Assembly: GCA_047601445.1 (NCBI GenBank)
Contig: JASGJH010000001.1
Span: 7,744,001 to 7,808,000, forward strand
Source: Myxococcales bacterium
Lineage (GTDB): Bacteria > Myxococcota_A > Polyangia > Polyangiales > DASUME01
Length of the DNA: 64,000 bases
Direction: 5' to 3'
The translations under genes were made by a program, and so were the position numbers. Position 1 is the first letter of the stretch, and the number at the start of each line of letters is the position of its first letter. The notes under the pieces were generated by a model. That model was not told the DNA's origin and searched no databases. It saw nothing but the letters and a program-made list of their open reading frames with translations. Below, piece by piece: positions 37,725 through 47,551 of the stretch.

Positions 37725-38525
37725 ATGCTCCGAACCGGTCTCGACGAGTATCTCGACTCTCTGCGAGGAGTCGCTCCGATCGACGCGGAATCCGAACGCG
37801 ATTTGGCGCGCGCGTACCGCGCCGGCGACCGGCAGGCCGGAGACAGGTTGATCGCGGCTTGCCTGCCTTTCGTGGTGCGCATCGCGGTCGAGTACCGACG
37901 TTGGGGCGTCGCGCTCGAAGATGTGGTGCAGCAGGGGAACCTGGGCCTGCTCAAGGCCGCCGCCAAGTTCGACGCGGACAAGGACGTTCGCCTGATCACC
38001 TACGCGGTGTACTGGATTCGCGCCGAGATCCGCGACTACGTGGTGCGCAGCTACCGCATCGTGCGCCTCGGCACCACCCGCTCCGAGCGTCGCGCTCTGC
38101 GAGCCTTCCGGCGCGAGGGCGTGGAGAACGCTACCGAGCTCGCGGCTCGCAGCGGCATGCCCATCGCTCGCTGCGAAATGCTGTGGCCGGTGTTGGCCCA
38201 CGCGGATACCTCCCTCGACGTCACCTACGATGATCAGCGTGGACCCGTGGTGGAGCGCATGCCGGGCGTCATTCCGAGCCCCGAGGAGCTCGCCCTCTCT
38301 CGCACCGAGCACGAAGAGGCACGGAGCGCCGTGCGCTCCGCCATGCGTCGCCTCGACAAGCGTGAACGTCGCATCGCGCACGCCCGCTTCCTCTCCGACG
38401 ACCCTTGTACGCTCGAGCAGCTCGGGAAGGAGCTTGGTGTGAGCAAGGAGCGCGTGCGTCAGCTCGAGGTGCGCGTGCGCGACAAGCTCAAGGGCGCACT
38501 CAGCGAGTTCGCACCGGCGGCGTAA
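37725..38525 (+). CDS. Sigma-70 family RNA polymerase sigma factor, RpoH/sigma-32-like
   Basis: QQGNLGLLKAAAKFD, TYAVYWIRAEI, IVRLGTT (RpoH-box region), TLEQLG.ELGVSKERVRQLE; RBS AGGAGG. Confidence 0.88.
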   Translation: MLRTGLDEYLDSLRGVAPIDAESERDLARAYRAGDRQAGDRLIAACLPFVVRIAVEYRRWGVALEDVVQQGNLGLLKAAAKFDADKDVRLITYAVYWIRAEIRDYVVRSYRIVRLGTTRSERRALRAFRREGVENATELAARSGMPIARCEMLWPVLAHADTSLDVTYDDQRGPVVERMPGVIPSPEELALSRTEHEEARSAVRSAMRRLDKRERRIAHARFLSDDPCTLEQLGKELGVSKERVRQLEVRVRDKLKGALSEFAPAA

Positions 38526-38650
38526 GCCCGAGTCGGGGTGAAGTCTTTCATCGCAGGTCACCGTTGAGTGCAAAAAGGGTCTGCTAGACAGGCTCCGTGG
38601 TCTCTGGTCGCTGGTTCGATTGGAGAGAGCTGTGAGCGCCGTGAGTTCGG

Positions 38651-39577
38651 CTAGTCGCCGCGATAGACGACCTTCCAATCGCGCTTCATGTCCACCACGA
38701 GCCAACCGGCCTCGGGCGCCAAGTCCAGGGCACGGTCGAGCTTTCCGACGAGCGCGTGCCTGTCGTAGGCCCACTCGCGTTCGTCGTCCGTATGGTGCAG
38801 CAAGACGCCCAAGCTAGGCCGCTTTGACGTGGTCCACTGCAGCATCTGGAGATCCCCGTCGGAGTTGCCGAAGGCCAAGAGCGGCCGGCATCCGATATGC
38901 GACTGAATGCCTTCCGGCTTGCCGGCGCCGTCGTTGACGAAGGAAACCTCGGGCAGTCGCTTGAGCACGGGCGCGCCCTTGCTGGTCTCGAAGCGAGTCT
39001 TGATGCTGCTGCCCACCACTCGTTCGGGCGGAATGCCGTACACCGCTCGCGCCCACGGGCGCAAGAACTCGATGCCGCCACCGGAGACGATGAAGGTCTT
39101 GAAGTCGTGGTAGCGCAGGTACGCGAGCAACTCGAGCATGGGTTGGTAGACCATCTCCGTGTACAGGAGCTTCGTGCGCGGGTGGCGAGCCTGGGCGATC
39201 CAATCGCGCACCAGTTTCTCGAACTCCTCCGTGGTCATCCCCGCGTGGGTGGCCATCACCAGCTCGACCAGGGCCTTCTCACCGCCGCGAGAAAGCACGC
39301 GCTGGTCGTTCTTGAGCAGCGACGCGAACGGTTCGGTGTGCGTCCACTCCGGGTGCTGCGGTGCGAGCGCGCGAATGCGATCCAGCACGAAGAAGGCCTG
39401 TACGTAGGTCGGCTGCTCACTCCATAGCGTGCCGTCGTTGTCGAACACCGCGATGCGCGCTTCGGGCTCCACGTGGTCTGCGCTGCCAGGCTGCGTCACG
39501 CGCGTCACGAACGAGATCAACGCGCGGCGGGTAGGTCCGTCGCTCCACGATGGCAATGTGGACCTCGCATCGCTCAT
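38651..39577 (-). CDS. HAD-superfamily phosphatase
   Basis: AVFDNDGTLWSEQP, IVSGGG, GNSDGD motifs. Confidence 0.88.
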   Translation of the reverse strand: MSDARSTLPSWSDGPTRRALISFVTRVTQPGSADHVEPEARIAVFDNDGTLWSEQPTYVQAFFVLDRIRALAPQHPEWTHTEPFASLLKNDQRVLSRGGEKALVELVMATHAGMTTEEFEKLVRDWIAQARHPRTKLLYTEMVYQPMLELLAYLRYHDFKTFIVSGGGIEFLRPWARAVYGIPPERVVGSSIKTRFETSKGAPVLKRLPEVSFVNDGAGKPEGIQSHIGCRPLLAFGNSDGDLQMLQWTTSKRPSLGVLLHHTDDEREWAYDRHALVGKLDRALDLAPEAGWLVVDMKRDWKVVYRGD

Positions 39578-39590
39578 GTTCGCGAAGAAG

Positions 39591-39607
39591 ATGCACTTCG
39601 CGAGCCA
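39591..39607 (-). promoter_or_regulatory. Possible sigma54 promoter of the HAD phosphatase
   Basis: Minus strand TGGCTC-GCGAA-GTGCAT, GG-N10-GC spacing. Confidence 0.35.
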
Positions 39608-39656
39608 GCTAGAGCTTGCACAACTGCGCCGCACGAAAGCGCACCTCGGCAGCGCG

Positions 39657-39672
39657 TGGCGCGGCGCTTGCT
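39657..39672 (+). promoter_or_regulatory. Putative sigma54 promoter of the arylsulfatase
   Basis: TGGCGC-GGCGC-TTGCT, close to the TGGCAC-N5-TTGCW consensus, 40 nt before the ATG. Confidence 0.55.
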
Positions 39673-39711
39673 CACTTGAGCGCTTGCGACGAACTACAGG
39701 AAGGCAGCTGC

Positions 39712-41259
39712 ATGGCACACGGCAAGAAGCCCAACATACTCGTGATATTCGGGGACGACATCGGGATGTGGAACCTGTCCTGCTACAGCGCGGGCATGAT
39801 GGGCTACCACACGCCCAACATCGATCGCATCGCCAAGGAAGGCATGCGCTTCACGGATTGCTACGGCGAACAGAGCTGCACAGCGGGGCGTGCCTCGTTC
39901 ATCACCGGCCAATCCGGCTTCCGCACTGGGCTCACCAAGGTCGGATTTCCCGGAGCGCCCGTGGGCTTGCAGCCCGAGGATCCGACCATCGCGGAGCTAC
40001 TCAAGCCGCAGGGCTATGCCACCGGGCAGTTCGGCAAGAATCACTTCGGCGACCAGAACCGCTTCCTGCCCACGGCGCACGGCTTCGATGAATTCTTCGG
40101 CAACCTTTACCATCTGAACGCAGAGGAAGACCCCGAGGATCCGGACTACCCGAACCCCAAGGACTTCCCCAAGTTCAAGGAGACCTACGGTCCGCGCGGG
40201 GTGCTCCATACCTGGGCTACGGACAAGGAAGACACGACCGATCAGCCGCGCTGGGGCAAGGTGGGCAAGCAGAAGATCCAGGACACCGGGCCGCTCACGC
40301 GCGAACGCATGAAGACCTGTGACGACGAGTTCGTGCACGCGGCCAAGGATTGGATCAAGCGACAGCACAAGGCGAACAAGCCCTGGTTCTGCTGGCTCAA
40401 CACCACGCACATGCATCTGCGCACCCACACCAAGCCGGAGAGCATCGGGCAGGCGGGGCGCTGGCAGTCGCCCTATCACGACACGATGATCGACCACGAC
40501 AAGAACGTGGGGGAGATGCTCGAGCTGCTGGACCAGCTCAACATCGCGAACGACACCATCGTGGTGTACAGCACGGACAACGGCCCGCACATGAACACGT
40601 GGCCGGACGGCGCCATGACGCCATTCCGCAGCGAGAAGAACACCAACTGGGAGGGTGCGTTCCGAGTGCCCTTGGTCATGCGTTGGCCGGGCAAGATCGC
40701 CGCGGGCAGCGTCTCCAACGAGATCATCGCGCACCACGACTGGCTGCCCACTTTTCTGGCGGCCGCCGGGGAGCCCCACATCAAGGAGAAGCTGCTCACC
40801 GGGCACGACGCGGCTAGCAAGCACTTCAAGGTCCACATCGATGGCTTCAACCTGCTGCCCTACCTCACCGGCAAGGAACAGAAGAGCCCGCGTGAAGGCT
40901 TCATCTACTTCAGTGACGACGGTGACCTGGTGGCCATGCGCTACGACAACTGGAAGATGGTCTTCATGGAGCAGCGCTGCGAGGGCAAGCTCCAGGTCTG
41001 GGCCGAGCCTTTCACCAAGCTACGTGTGCCCAAGCTCTTCAACTTGCGCACCGATCCGTTCGAGCGCGCCGACGTGACCTCGAACACGTACTGGGATTGG
41101 TACTTGAGCAAAGCCTACATGATCATGGCGTCGCAGGGACTGGTCACGCGCTTCTTGAGTACCTTCAAGGATTACCCGCCACGCCAGCGCGCCGCGAGCT
41201 TCACCATCGACCAGGCACTCGAGTCCATGGAGCGCTCGATCAGCGGCGCCGGTCGCTGA
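39712..41259 (+). CDS. Arylsulfatase (Cys-type, formylglycine-dependent)
   Basis: KPNILVIFGDD, SCTAGRASFITG, GYATGQFGKNHFG, TDNG, WEGAFRVP motifs. Confidence 0.92.
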   Translation: MAHGKKPNILVIFGDDIGMWNLSCYSAGMMGYHTPNIDRIAKEGMRFTDCYGEQSCTAGRASFITGQSGFRTGLTKVGFPGAPVGLQPEDPTIAELLKPQGYATGQFGKNHFGDQNRFLPTAHGFDEFFGNLYHLNAEEDPEDPDYPNPKDFPKFKETYGPRGVLHTWATDKEDTTDQPRWGKVGKQKIQDTGPLTRERMKTCDDEFVHAAKDWIKRQHKANKPWFCWLNTTHMHLRTHTKPESIGQAGRWQSPYHDTMIDHDKNVGEMLELLDQLNIANDTIVVYSTDNGPHMNTWPDGAMTPFRSEKNTNWEGAFRVPLVMRWPGKIAAGSVSNEIIAHHDWLPTFLAAAGEPHIKEKLLTGHDAASKHFKVHIDGFNLLPYLTGKEQKSPREGFIYFSDDGDLVAMRYDNWKMVFMEQRCEGKLQVWAEPFTKLRVPKLFNLRTDPFERADVTSNTYWDWYLSKAYMIMASQGLVTRFLSTFKDYPPRQRAASFTIDQALESMERSISGAGR

Positions 41260-41403
41260 CGGAGTACTCGCTTCGAAGCCCCAAAGCGCTTGGTACGCGT
41301 GCCCGTGCAAGGACAGGATCTTCCGTTTCCGTGAAGCCGCGCAGCGCCAAGGCACCAGCACGCCTATGCGAGCGTTTTGCCCCAGCTGTGCACCTTAAGT
41401 GCG

Positions 41404-41452
41404 CGTGCCCGTGACCCGATCCGAAGAGAAGATCGGGTACGGGCACGGGCAC
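41404..41452. repeat. GC-rich palindromic hairpin (GTGCCC/GGGCAC-type) between convergent genes; possible terminator
   Basis: CGTGCCCGTGACCCGATC...GATCGGGTACGGGCACG(GGCACG). Confidence 0.6.
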
Positions 41453-41486
41453 GTTTACGTGGGCGTTTTGCCCTGGCTGGGAACGT

Positions 41487-44306
41487 CTAGAGCTTCCCGA
41501 GGTACTCGTCGGTGTTCTTGCGGACGCGGGCGGCGCGCTCGGCCGGGTCCTCTACCACGGCCTTCTCGTCGGGCGTGACCTTGAACAGGGGCTGGCCCTT
41601 CTGCACGATGGCGCCGCTCTGATCCACGAGGACCTCGTCGATGGTCCCGGCGAACGAGGCGTTCACCTTGTTGAACATCTTCATGACCTCGATGATGTAG
41701 AGGGGGTCGCCCACGTTGAAGTGCGAGCCCTTCAGCACGAAGTGCGGCATGCCAGGCGCTTCCTGCGCGTAGTACATGCCGCCCATGGCGGCGACGATCT
41801 CGTCGCTCTTGGTGACGGGCGGCGGAACCAGGACCTTCTTCATCGCCGCCTGCAGCTCGGCGTTGAGCAGGTTCTCCGGGATCACCACGGTCATGTCGTC
41901 CTTGACCTTGAGGTCGTAGAAGCCGACCTTCTTGGCGAGCAAGGGCAGCACGCTCAAGATCTCGAGCCCGAGCTGATGGCCCGCGTGAGCGGCGCGCACC
42001 TTGGCCCATTCCTCGTCACCGAAGCCGAAGCTCGGCTTGGAGGAGGCGAGGGCGGCACTCAGGCCCTGGAAGTCCAGGCCCTCCGGAGCGCGCGCGGTGA
42101 GCTTGGCGTAGAAGGACAGACCGGTCTCGAGCAGCTCCCGATCGTGCGGCCAAATCACGTAGGCCGCCGGAGCGCCGGGCTGATCGTCCATGTGCAAGAG
42201 GTGATAGGTCTCGGCGAGAACCTGCAGCGGGTTCTTCTTCCAGAGCACCTTGTTGCCGTCGCAGCTGAAGTCCAGGCGATGCTGGCTCAGCCAAGCGGAC
42301 AAGAAGTGCGGCTCCTCCACCAGCTTCTCGAGCGGGCGCGCCAGCAGGGTCTCCTTGAGCTCCAGCGCTTTGCGCACGGCGTCGGAGGCCGGCTTGCCGG
42401 CGTCCTTCACCTTGGCCATGGCGTTCTTCTGGATGCCCGCGAGGGCGTAGGACAGGTCGATGGCCGAGGCCTCCTGCTTCAGCAGGCCCACCAGCGTCAG
42501 GTACGGCACCACGAACTTGGTGGTCGGCTTGGCCCACACGCCGTTCGAGAGGAACCAGCTCACCAGGCCGAAGTGGAACTCCAGGTTGGTCGCCAGGTCC
42601 TGGCCGCGCAGCTTGGTGCAACGCAGGATCTCCGCGCACTGGAAGTAGCTCTCGTGGCGATCGCTACCGGTGGCGAGCAGCAGCGCGATGTTGGAGTCGT
42701 AGGCGCCGGCCAGGCGGTAGCGCATGAAGAGGCCCGTGTCCGGGTTCTTGATGCTGATCCCCTGATCGTCGCGCACCTCGCCCTGAATCGGGTTGGACCA
42801 GGAGACGATCACGCCGCCCGCGTGGGGCGACAGCGAGCGGTCGGTGGCGTTGAGGCGGGCTTCCACCGCGGCACCCTCGCGCAGCACACGCGTGGGCTTG
42901 GGCAGTGCACCGCGGAACTTCGCGATCAGCGCCATGGCTTCGACCAGCGAGTGCACGTCGAAGAAGTCCTTGGCGTCGGCCGGGTTGGCGAACCGCAGGG
43001 CGTAACACAGCTCGGAGACGCGGTGCTCCACCTGGATGCGCGTGTTCACTTCCATGAAGAAGTGACGCGGGCCCTCCACGATGCACTCGAAGGTGGAGGC
43101 TGAGTCGAGCTTCACGGCGCGACCGAAACGCTCGGCCTCGGCTTCCATGCGCTTGAGCGTGTTCAGGTCCATCTCCAGCGCGCTGGCCTCGTTGTCGCGG
43201 CCGCTCTCCTTGGCGCGCGCGATGGCCTTGCCCAGAGCTTCCTGTGTGGACGACACCTCGAGCAGCTTCTGCTCGTGCATCTGCAGCGAGCAGTCGCGAC
43301 CGCCGAGCGTCACGCACCACTCACCATTGCCCAGCATCTGGATCTCGTTGTGGCGCGTTTGCTCGATGTTGAGCTCGAGCAGGATGTTCTTGTTGTCGCC
43401 GACGCCGGTGGCCTTGACCTCCTGGAGGATCTCGCGCACCAGGCCCGGCACCTTGGCCGGTTCGTTGAAGATGCGCTGGCCCTTGCCGCCGCCGCCGCCG
43501 ATGGCCTTGAGGCGCACGCGGCTGCCGGTGTACTCGCCGAGCATCTTGACGGCTTCGTCGCGCAGGGTCGCGCCGAGCTCCTCGATGCTGTAGAGGTCGA
43601 TGCCCTTGGCGTAGGACGCGGCGAGCACGCCGTCGGCCACTTCCTCGAGCGAGGCCTTGTCGTTCTTGAATTCGGGGACGTCGAGGCCCTCGCTCTTGGC
43701 GAGCTTCTCGAGCGCGGCCTTGTCCTTGTGCTTGCGCAGCAGCGTGAGCACGGTGCCGTTGTTCACGCCGGGCGTGACCGACACGTCGTTCTCGAGGGCG
43801 GTGCGCTTGGCCTCGTCCTTCTTGCCGGCGGCTTCCTGCGTATAGGAGCAGGGGCCCATGAAGGTGAGCCCGGCCTGCTCGATGGCGCGCACGAAGTCCG
43901 CGTCCTCGGCCATGAAGCCGTAGCCGGCGAACACGTAGCGGTAGCTGTTCTTGCGGCAGATCTCCACCATCTGCTGCACGCGCAACATGCGCTCCTCGCG
44001 CGTGGTCCCGGTGTAGTCGGGCACACGGTGCACGTGCTTGGGATCCATGCTGCGCAGCTCGGGCGCCAGCGCGCGCGGGTAGGTGATGCTGTCGCGCTCG
44101 GAGAGCAGGATGCCGATCTTCGTCATGCCCATCTCGCGGAAGACATCGATGGCTTCCTTGCGGATGGGGCCGCGACAGACGATGAGCACGCTCATGTCTT
44201 CGGCGGCGAATGAACGCACCCAGGCCGAACTCGAGAGCCCGAGCCGACGGTCGCGGTGGATCAGCGGGTTGTTGGTGTAGGCGTTGTAGGGCTTGGACTC
44301 GGACAT
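41487..44306 (-). CDS. Biotin carboxylase-biotin carrier fusion subunit of an acyl-CoA carboxylase
   Basis: AGYGFMAE, KAIGGGGGKG, RDCSLQ..EQK, FMEVNTRIQVEH, YDSNIA; C-terminal EVMKM biotinylation site. Confidence 0.9.
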   Translation of the reverse strand: MSESKPYNAYTNNPLIHRDRRLGLSSSAWVRSFAAEDMSVLIVCRGPIRKEAIDVFREMGMTKIGILLSERDSITYPRALAPELRSMDPKHVHRVPDYTGTTREERMLRVQQMVEICRKNSYRYVFAGYGFMAEDADFVRAIEQAGLTFMGPCSYTQEAAGKKDEAKRTALENDVSVTPGVNNGTVLTLLRKHKDKAALEKLAKSEGLDVPEFKNDKASLEEVADGVLAASYAKGIDLYSIEELGATLRDEAVKMLGEYTGSRVRLKAIGGGGGKGQRIFNEPAKVPGLVREILQEVKATGVGDNKNILLELNIEQTRHNEIQMLGNGEWCVTLGGRDCSLQMHEQKLLEVSSTQEALGKAIARAKESGRDNEASALEMDLNTLKRMEAEAERFGRAVKLDSASTFECIVEGPRHFFMEVNTRIQVEHRVSELCYALRFANPADAKDFFDVHSLVEAMALIAKFRGALPKPTRVLREGAAVEARLNATDRSLSPHAGGVIVSWSNPIQGEVRDDQGISIKNPDTGLFMRYRLAGAYDSNIALLLATGSDRHESYFQCAEILRCTKLRGQDLATNLEFHFGLVSWFLSNGVWAKPTTKFVVPYLTLVGLLKQEASAIDLSYALAGIQKNAMAKVKDAGKPASDAVRKALELKETLLARPLEKLVEEPHFLSAWLSQHRLDFSCDGNKVLWKKNPLQVLAETYHLLHMDDQPGAPAAYVIWPHDRELLETGLSFYAKLTARAPEGLDFQGLSAALASSKPSFGFGDEEWAKVRAAHAGHQLGLEILSVLPLLAKKVGFYDLKVKDDMTVVIPENLLNAELQAAMKKVLVPPPVTKSDEIVAAMGGMYYAQEAPGMPHFVLKGSHFNVGDPLYIIEVMKMFNKVNASFAGTIDEVLVDQSGAIVQKGQPLFKVTPDEKAVVEDPAERAARVRKNTDEYLGKL

Positions 44307-45982
44307 CAGAAGAACTCCCGCTGGACGGACTGCATGGGGCCTGGCTGATAGCGACGCAGCAAGAGCTCGAGGCTCTTGCCGAGCGTGGCGCGCAGGTCGG
44401 TGGGCATCACGATCTCGGAGATCGAGCCGAGCGACAGGGCCTCACGCGGGTTCATCAGTTCGCGCTCGTAGCGCTGGTTGAACTTGGCTTCCTCGGCCTT
44501 GAGCCAGTCGGCGGCTTCCTTCTCGCTACCGCTCTTGGCCTTGGCCTTGGCCTCTTCACGCACCTTGCGGAGCTCGCTCTTGTACACGTACTCCTTGCCG
44601 GCGGGACCCATCACGGCCACGCGGGTGGTCGGCAGCGCGAGCACCACGTCGGCGCCGGTGGAGTAGGGGTTGAACGCCGCGTAGGCGCCACCGAAGGCGT
44701 TGCGGATGATCAGCAGGATGCGCGGCGTGCGCACGTCGATGATCGAGTCGAGCATGGCGCGACCGGCCTGCACGATGCCGCGGCTCTCCTGATCGCGACC
44801 GGGCAGGAAGCCAGTGGTGTCTTCGAGGAAGATCAGCGGGATGTTGTAGATGTTGCAGAAGCGCACGAAGCGCGCGATCTTGTAGGACGCATCGATGTCG
44901 ATCTGACCGCTGGCCACCGCGGAGTTGTTGGCCACGAAGCCCACGACGTTGCCGCCCAGGCGACCGAACGCGGTGATGGCGTTCTTGGCACGCTCGGGCT
45001 GCAGCTCGAAGAAGTCACCGTGGTCGCAGATCTGCTGGATGATGATGCTCACGTCCAAGGGCGTGTTGAAGCCCGTTGGGGAGTTGAAGGCCTTGCGCAG
45101 GAGCGTGTCGATCTCCGTGGTGCGACGCTCGAGCGGGTCGCTGGTCTTCTCGAAGGCGGGCGCTTCGCGGTTGCAGTTCGGCAGGTAGCTCAGCAGTCGC
45201 TGGGCCGTACGCAGCGCGCCGACTTCGTCGGGCACGGTGAGGTCCGCCACGCCGCTGCCGCCGTGGACCTTGGGTCCGCCGAGCTCGTCGGGGGTCACGT
45301 CTTCGCCGAGCACGCTCTTCACGACGCCGGCGCCGGTGAGGCCGAAGAAGGTGTTCGCCGGCTGGATCACGAAGCTGCCCTGGCGCGGCAGGTAGGAGCC
45401 GCCGCCCGCGTTGTATCCGAACATGCACATGATGCTGGGCACCACACCGCTGATCTTGCGCAGCGCCGTGAACGCCTCGGAGTAGCCGTCGAGGCCGCCG
45501 ACGCCGGCGGGCACGTAAGCGCCCGCGCTGTCGTTCATGCCGATCACGGGCAGACCCTTCTCACCGGCCAGACGCAGCAGGTTGGCCAGCTTGGAGCCGT
45601 TGGTGGCGTCCATGGAGCCGGCGCGAACGGTGAAGTCGTGGCCGTAGAGCGCCACGTCGCGTCCGTTGATGCGCAGCACGGCCGTGACCAGCGAGGCACC
45701 GTCGAGGTTGGGACCCCAGTTCTGGTAGAGGATCGCCGGCTTCTCACCCTTGTCCTGCAGGGTGTCGATGCGCTCCCAAACCGTCATGCGGTCCTTGGCG
45801 TGCTGGCGCATGACCTGCACGGTGCCGGACGCGGCCTTGGGTCGAGCGCGCAGCTCTTCGCCGTCGGCGAGGGCCAGGTCGTAGGGACCGGGAGCTGCGG
45901 CCAGCTCTTCGGGCTGGGCGGAAGCGGCAGCGCCCGCAATCGGGTCTTCGAGGGTCGGTATGAGAACTGGTTCGGTCGCCAT
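44306..45982 (-). CDS. Acyl-CoA carboxylase carboxyltransferase subunit (PccB-like)
   Basis: [39 protein letters not shown] motifs. Confidence 0.92.
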   Translation of the reverse strand: MATEPVLIPTLEDPIAGAAASAQPEELAAAPGPYDLALADGEELRARPKAASGTVQVMRQHAKDRMTVWERIDTLQDKGEKPAILYQNWGPNLDGASLVTAVLRINGRDVALYGHDFTVRAGSMDATNGSKLANLLRLAGEKGLPVIGMNDSAGAYVPAGVGGLDGYSEAFTALRKISGVVPSIMCMFGYNAGGGSYLPRQGSFVIQPANTFFGLTGAGVVKSVLGEDVTPDELGGPKVHGGSGVADLTVPDEVGALRTAQRLLSYLPNCNREAPAFEKTSDPLERRTTEIDTLLRKAFNSPTGFNTPLDVSIIIQQICDHGDFFELQPERAKNAITAFGRLGGNVVGFVANNSAVASGQIDIDASYKIARFVRFCNIYNIPLIFLEDTTGFLPGRDQESRGIVQAGRAMLDSIIDVRTPRILLIIRNAFGGAYAAFNPYSTGADVVLALPTTRVAVMGPAGKEYVYKSELRKVREEAKAKAKSGSEKEAADWLKAEEAKFNQRYERELMNPREALSLGSISEIVMPTDLRATLGKSLELLLRRYQPGPMQSVQREFF

Positions 45983-46408
45983 AGATTGACAGCCCCTTTG
46001 GACAGCAGGTGCATCGCCGCAACGAGGGTTCGGCGGAGCTCGACGTCGACTCGGCAGACGCGGCCCCGCTTCTGCTACGAGGACGTGCGCCGGCCGATGA
46101 CCTCGAGCGGGTGCCAGCGTCTAAACGGAAAATGCCCCTCAGGCCAGCGGAATTACGATTAAAAGGTGACAAAAAACCGGGCTTCACCGCGGCTTCATGG
46201 TGCCTCTCGTGCGGGGGGCTCCAAGAGGGCCCGCAAGGCCCCGGACAACCCCCCGGACAAAGGAGCTTTTTGGCGCTGCGTATCGCACGTGATGTGGAGT
46301 CGCGACGCTGCGATTGCCCCATCCTGGGGGCTCATACGAGTTGGTTGCTGTGGCCCGAGCAACACTTGACTTGACCGCGGCCGAGCAAGCGACTCAATTG
46401 AAAGCTAC

Positions 46409-47464
46409 ATGACGCGGATCACGTATTTGATTTCAGGGGTTTGTGCCGCCAGCCTGGGGCTCGGTTGCAACGACCTCGGTGATTGCACCGACGCTGCCAA
46501 GGGGCGTTACCCGGTCCTGGTGGGCACACAAGTGATGTACGCGGGGCAAGCGATCATCGCGACGTCGTGCGCCGCGGGTAGCTGCCACACGGAGCTCAGC
46601 TCCCGTGCGAATCGCTACGGCGCGCCGGCTGGGCTCGATTTCGACATCAAGCCGGTGGTCGCCAGTGGCATGACGACCACGGTCGACGGCCGCGAGATCG
46701 CGGAGATCAGCGATGAGGACCTGGCGCGGCTCAAGAAGCATCAGCGCAAGGTCTTCGATTCCCGTCATGACATCTGGGAGCAGGTCGAGCGCGGCCTGAT
46801 GCCGCCAGAGGGCGTCGGCAAGCCCTGGCGCGAGGCAAGCGCGGGACAGCTCATCGATGTAAGCGGCGGCGGTTGCACGGCGACGGGCGCACTCGCGCCC
46901 ATCACCGACAAGCAGACGCGCGAGATCTTGCGTGGCTGGCTCGCATGCGGTTCGCCCATCGTGGAGGCCAACGTGACGGGCCTGGCGCAGCCTGTCGGCG
47001 GCACCGTGGGCGATCAGTTTCCCGCCTGCGCGCCGCCCGGCGACCCTACCTTCGACAACTTGTACGCCACCGTCATCAGCCCCACCTGCGTGAACGGCTG
47101 CCATGAGCCGGGCGGCTCGCGCGAGCAGTTCGACCTCAGCACGCCCGAGATCGCTTTTGCGTCGCTGATGGGGGCCGATGGCACGGGGGGAGTTCCCTCG
47201 GGCTGCTCGACCAACAAGGACCCCATGGTCACGCCGAACAAGCCCGAGGATTCCTACTTCTACGCCCAGGTCGGCGGCACGGGCGGCAGCATTTGTTCGC
47301 CCGTCATGCCTTTCGGTAGCGTCGACGGCCTGGAGCCCGCCTCACTCGACCTGGTCAAGCGCTGGATCGAAGCCGGAGCGCCTGCACCGGGTGTGGCCGT
47401 GGGCGATGCCGGGGTTGGCGACGATGCGGGCGCTGGCGACGGTGGGCTAGACGCCGGGACCTGA
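46409..47464 (+). CDS. Lipoprotein with two atypical c-type heme-binding motifs
   Basis: Lipobox LGLGC; CAAGSCH and CVNGCH, each followed by an MP motif and W-x-x-x-G; low-complexity DAG tail. Confidence 0.6.
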   Translation: MTRITYLISGVCAASLGLGCNDLGDCTDAAKGRYPVLVGTQVMYAGQAIIATSCAAGSCHTELSSRANRYGAPAGLDFDIKPVVASGMTTTVDGREIAEISDEDLARLKKHQRKVFDSRHDIWEQVERGLMPPEGVGKPWREASAGQLIDVSGGGCTATGALAPITDKQTREILRGWLACGSPIVEANVTGLAQPVGGTVGDQFPACAPPGDPTFDNLYATVISPTCVNGCHEPGGSREQFDLSTPEIAFASLMGADGTGGVPSGCSTNKDPMVTPNKPEDSYFYAQVGGTGGSICSPVMPFGSVDGLEPASLDLVKRWIEAGAPAPGVAVGDAGVGDDAGAGDGGLDAGT

Positions 47465-47551
47465 GCGTTCCTGGCGCGCTTGCCTCGGCCCGGCTTGCTC
47501 GCCTGGGTGGGGAGCGTTGCTAGCCGTCGTGCTGCGCGGTAGGCCTGCGGC

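Noticed and set aside
44210..46162. Long antisense or alternate-frame ORFs (e.g. 44210-46162 +, 47591-49459 -, 41721-43103 +, 11910-13490 -)
   Set aside because: They overlap well-supported genes and have Arg/Ala/Gly-rich, motif-free translations, as expected for shadow ORFs in high-GC DNA
47465..47551. SAM or cobalamin riboswitch upstream of the yitJ-like gene
   Set aside because: Short leader with no recognisable S-box or B12-box consensus
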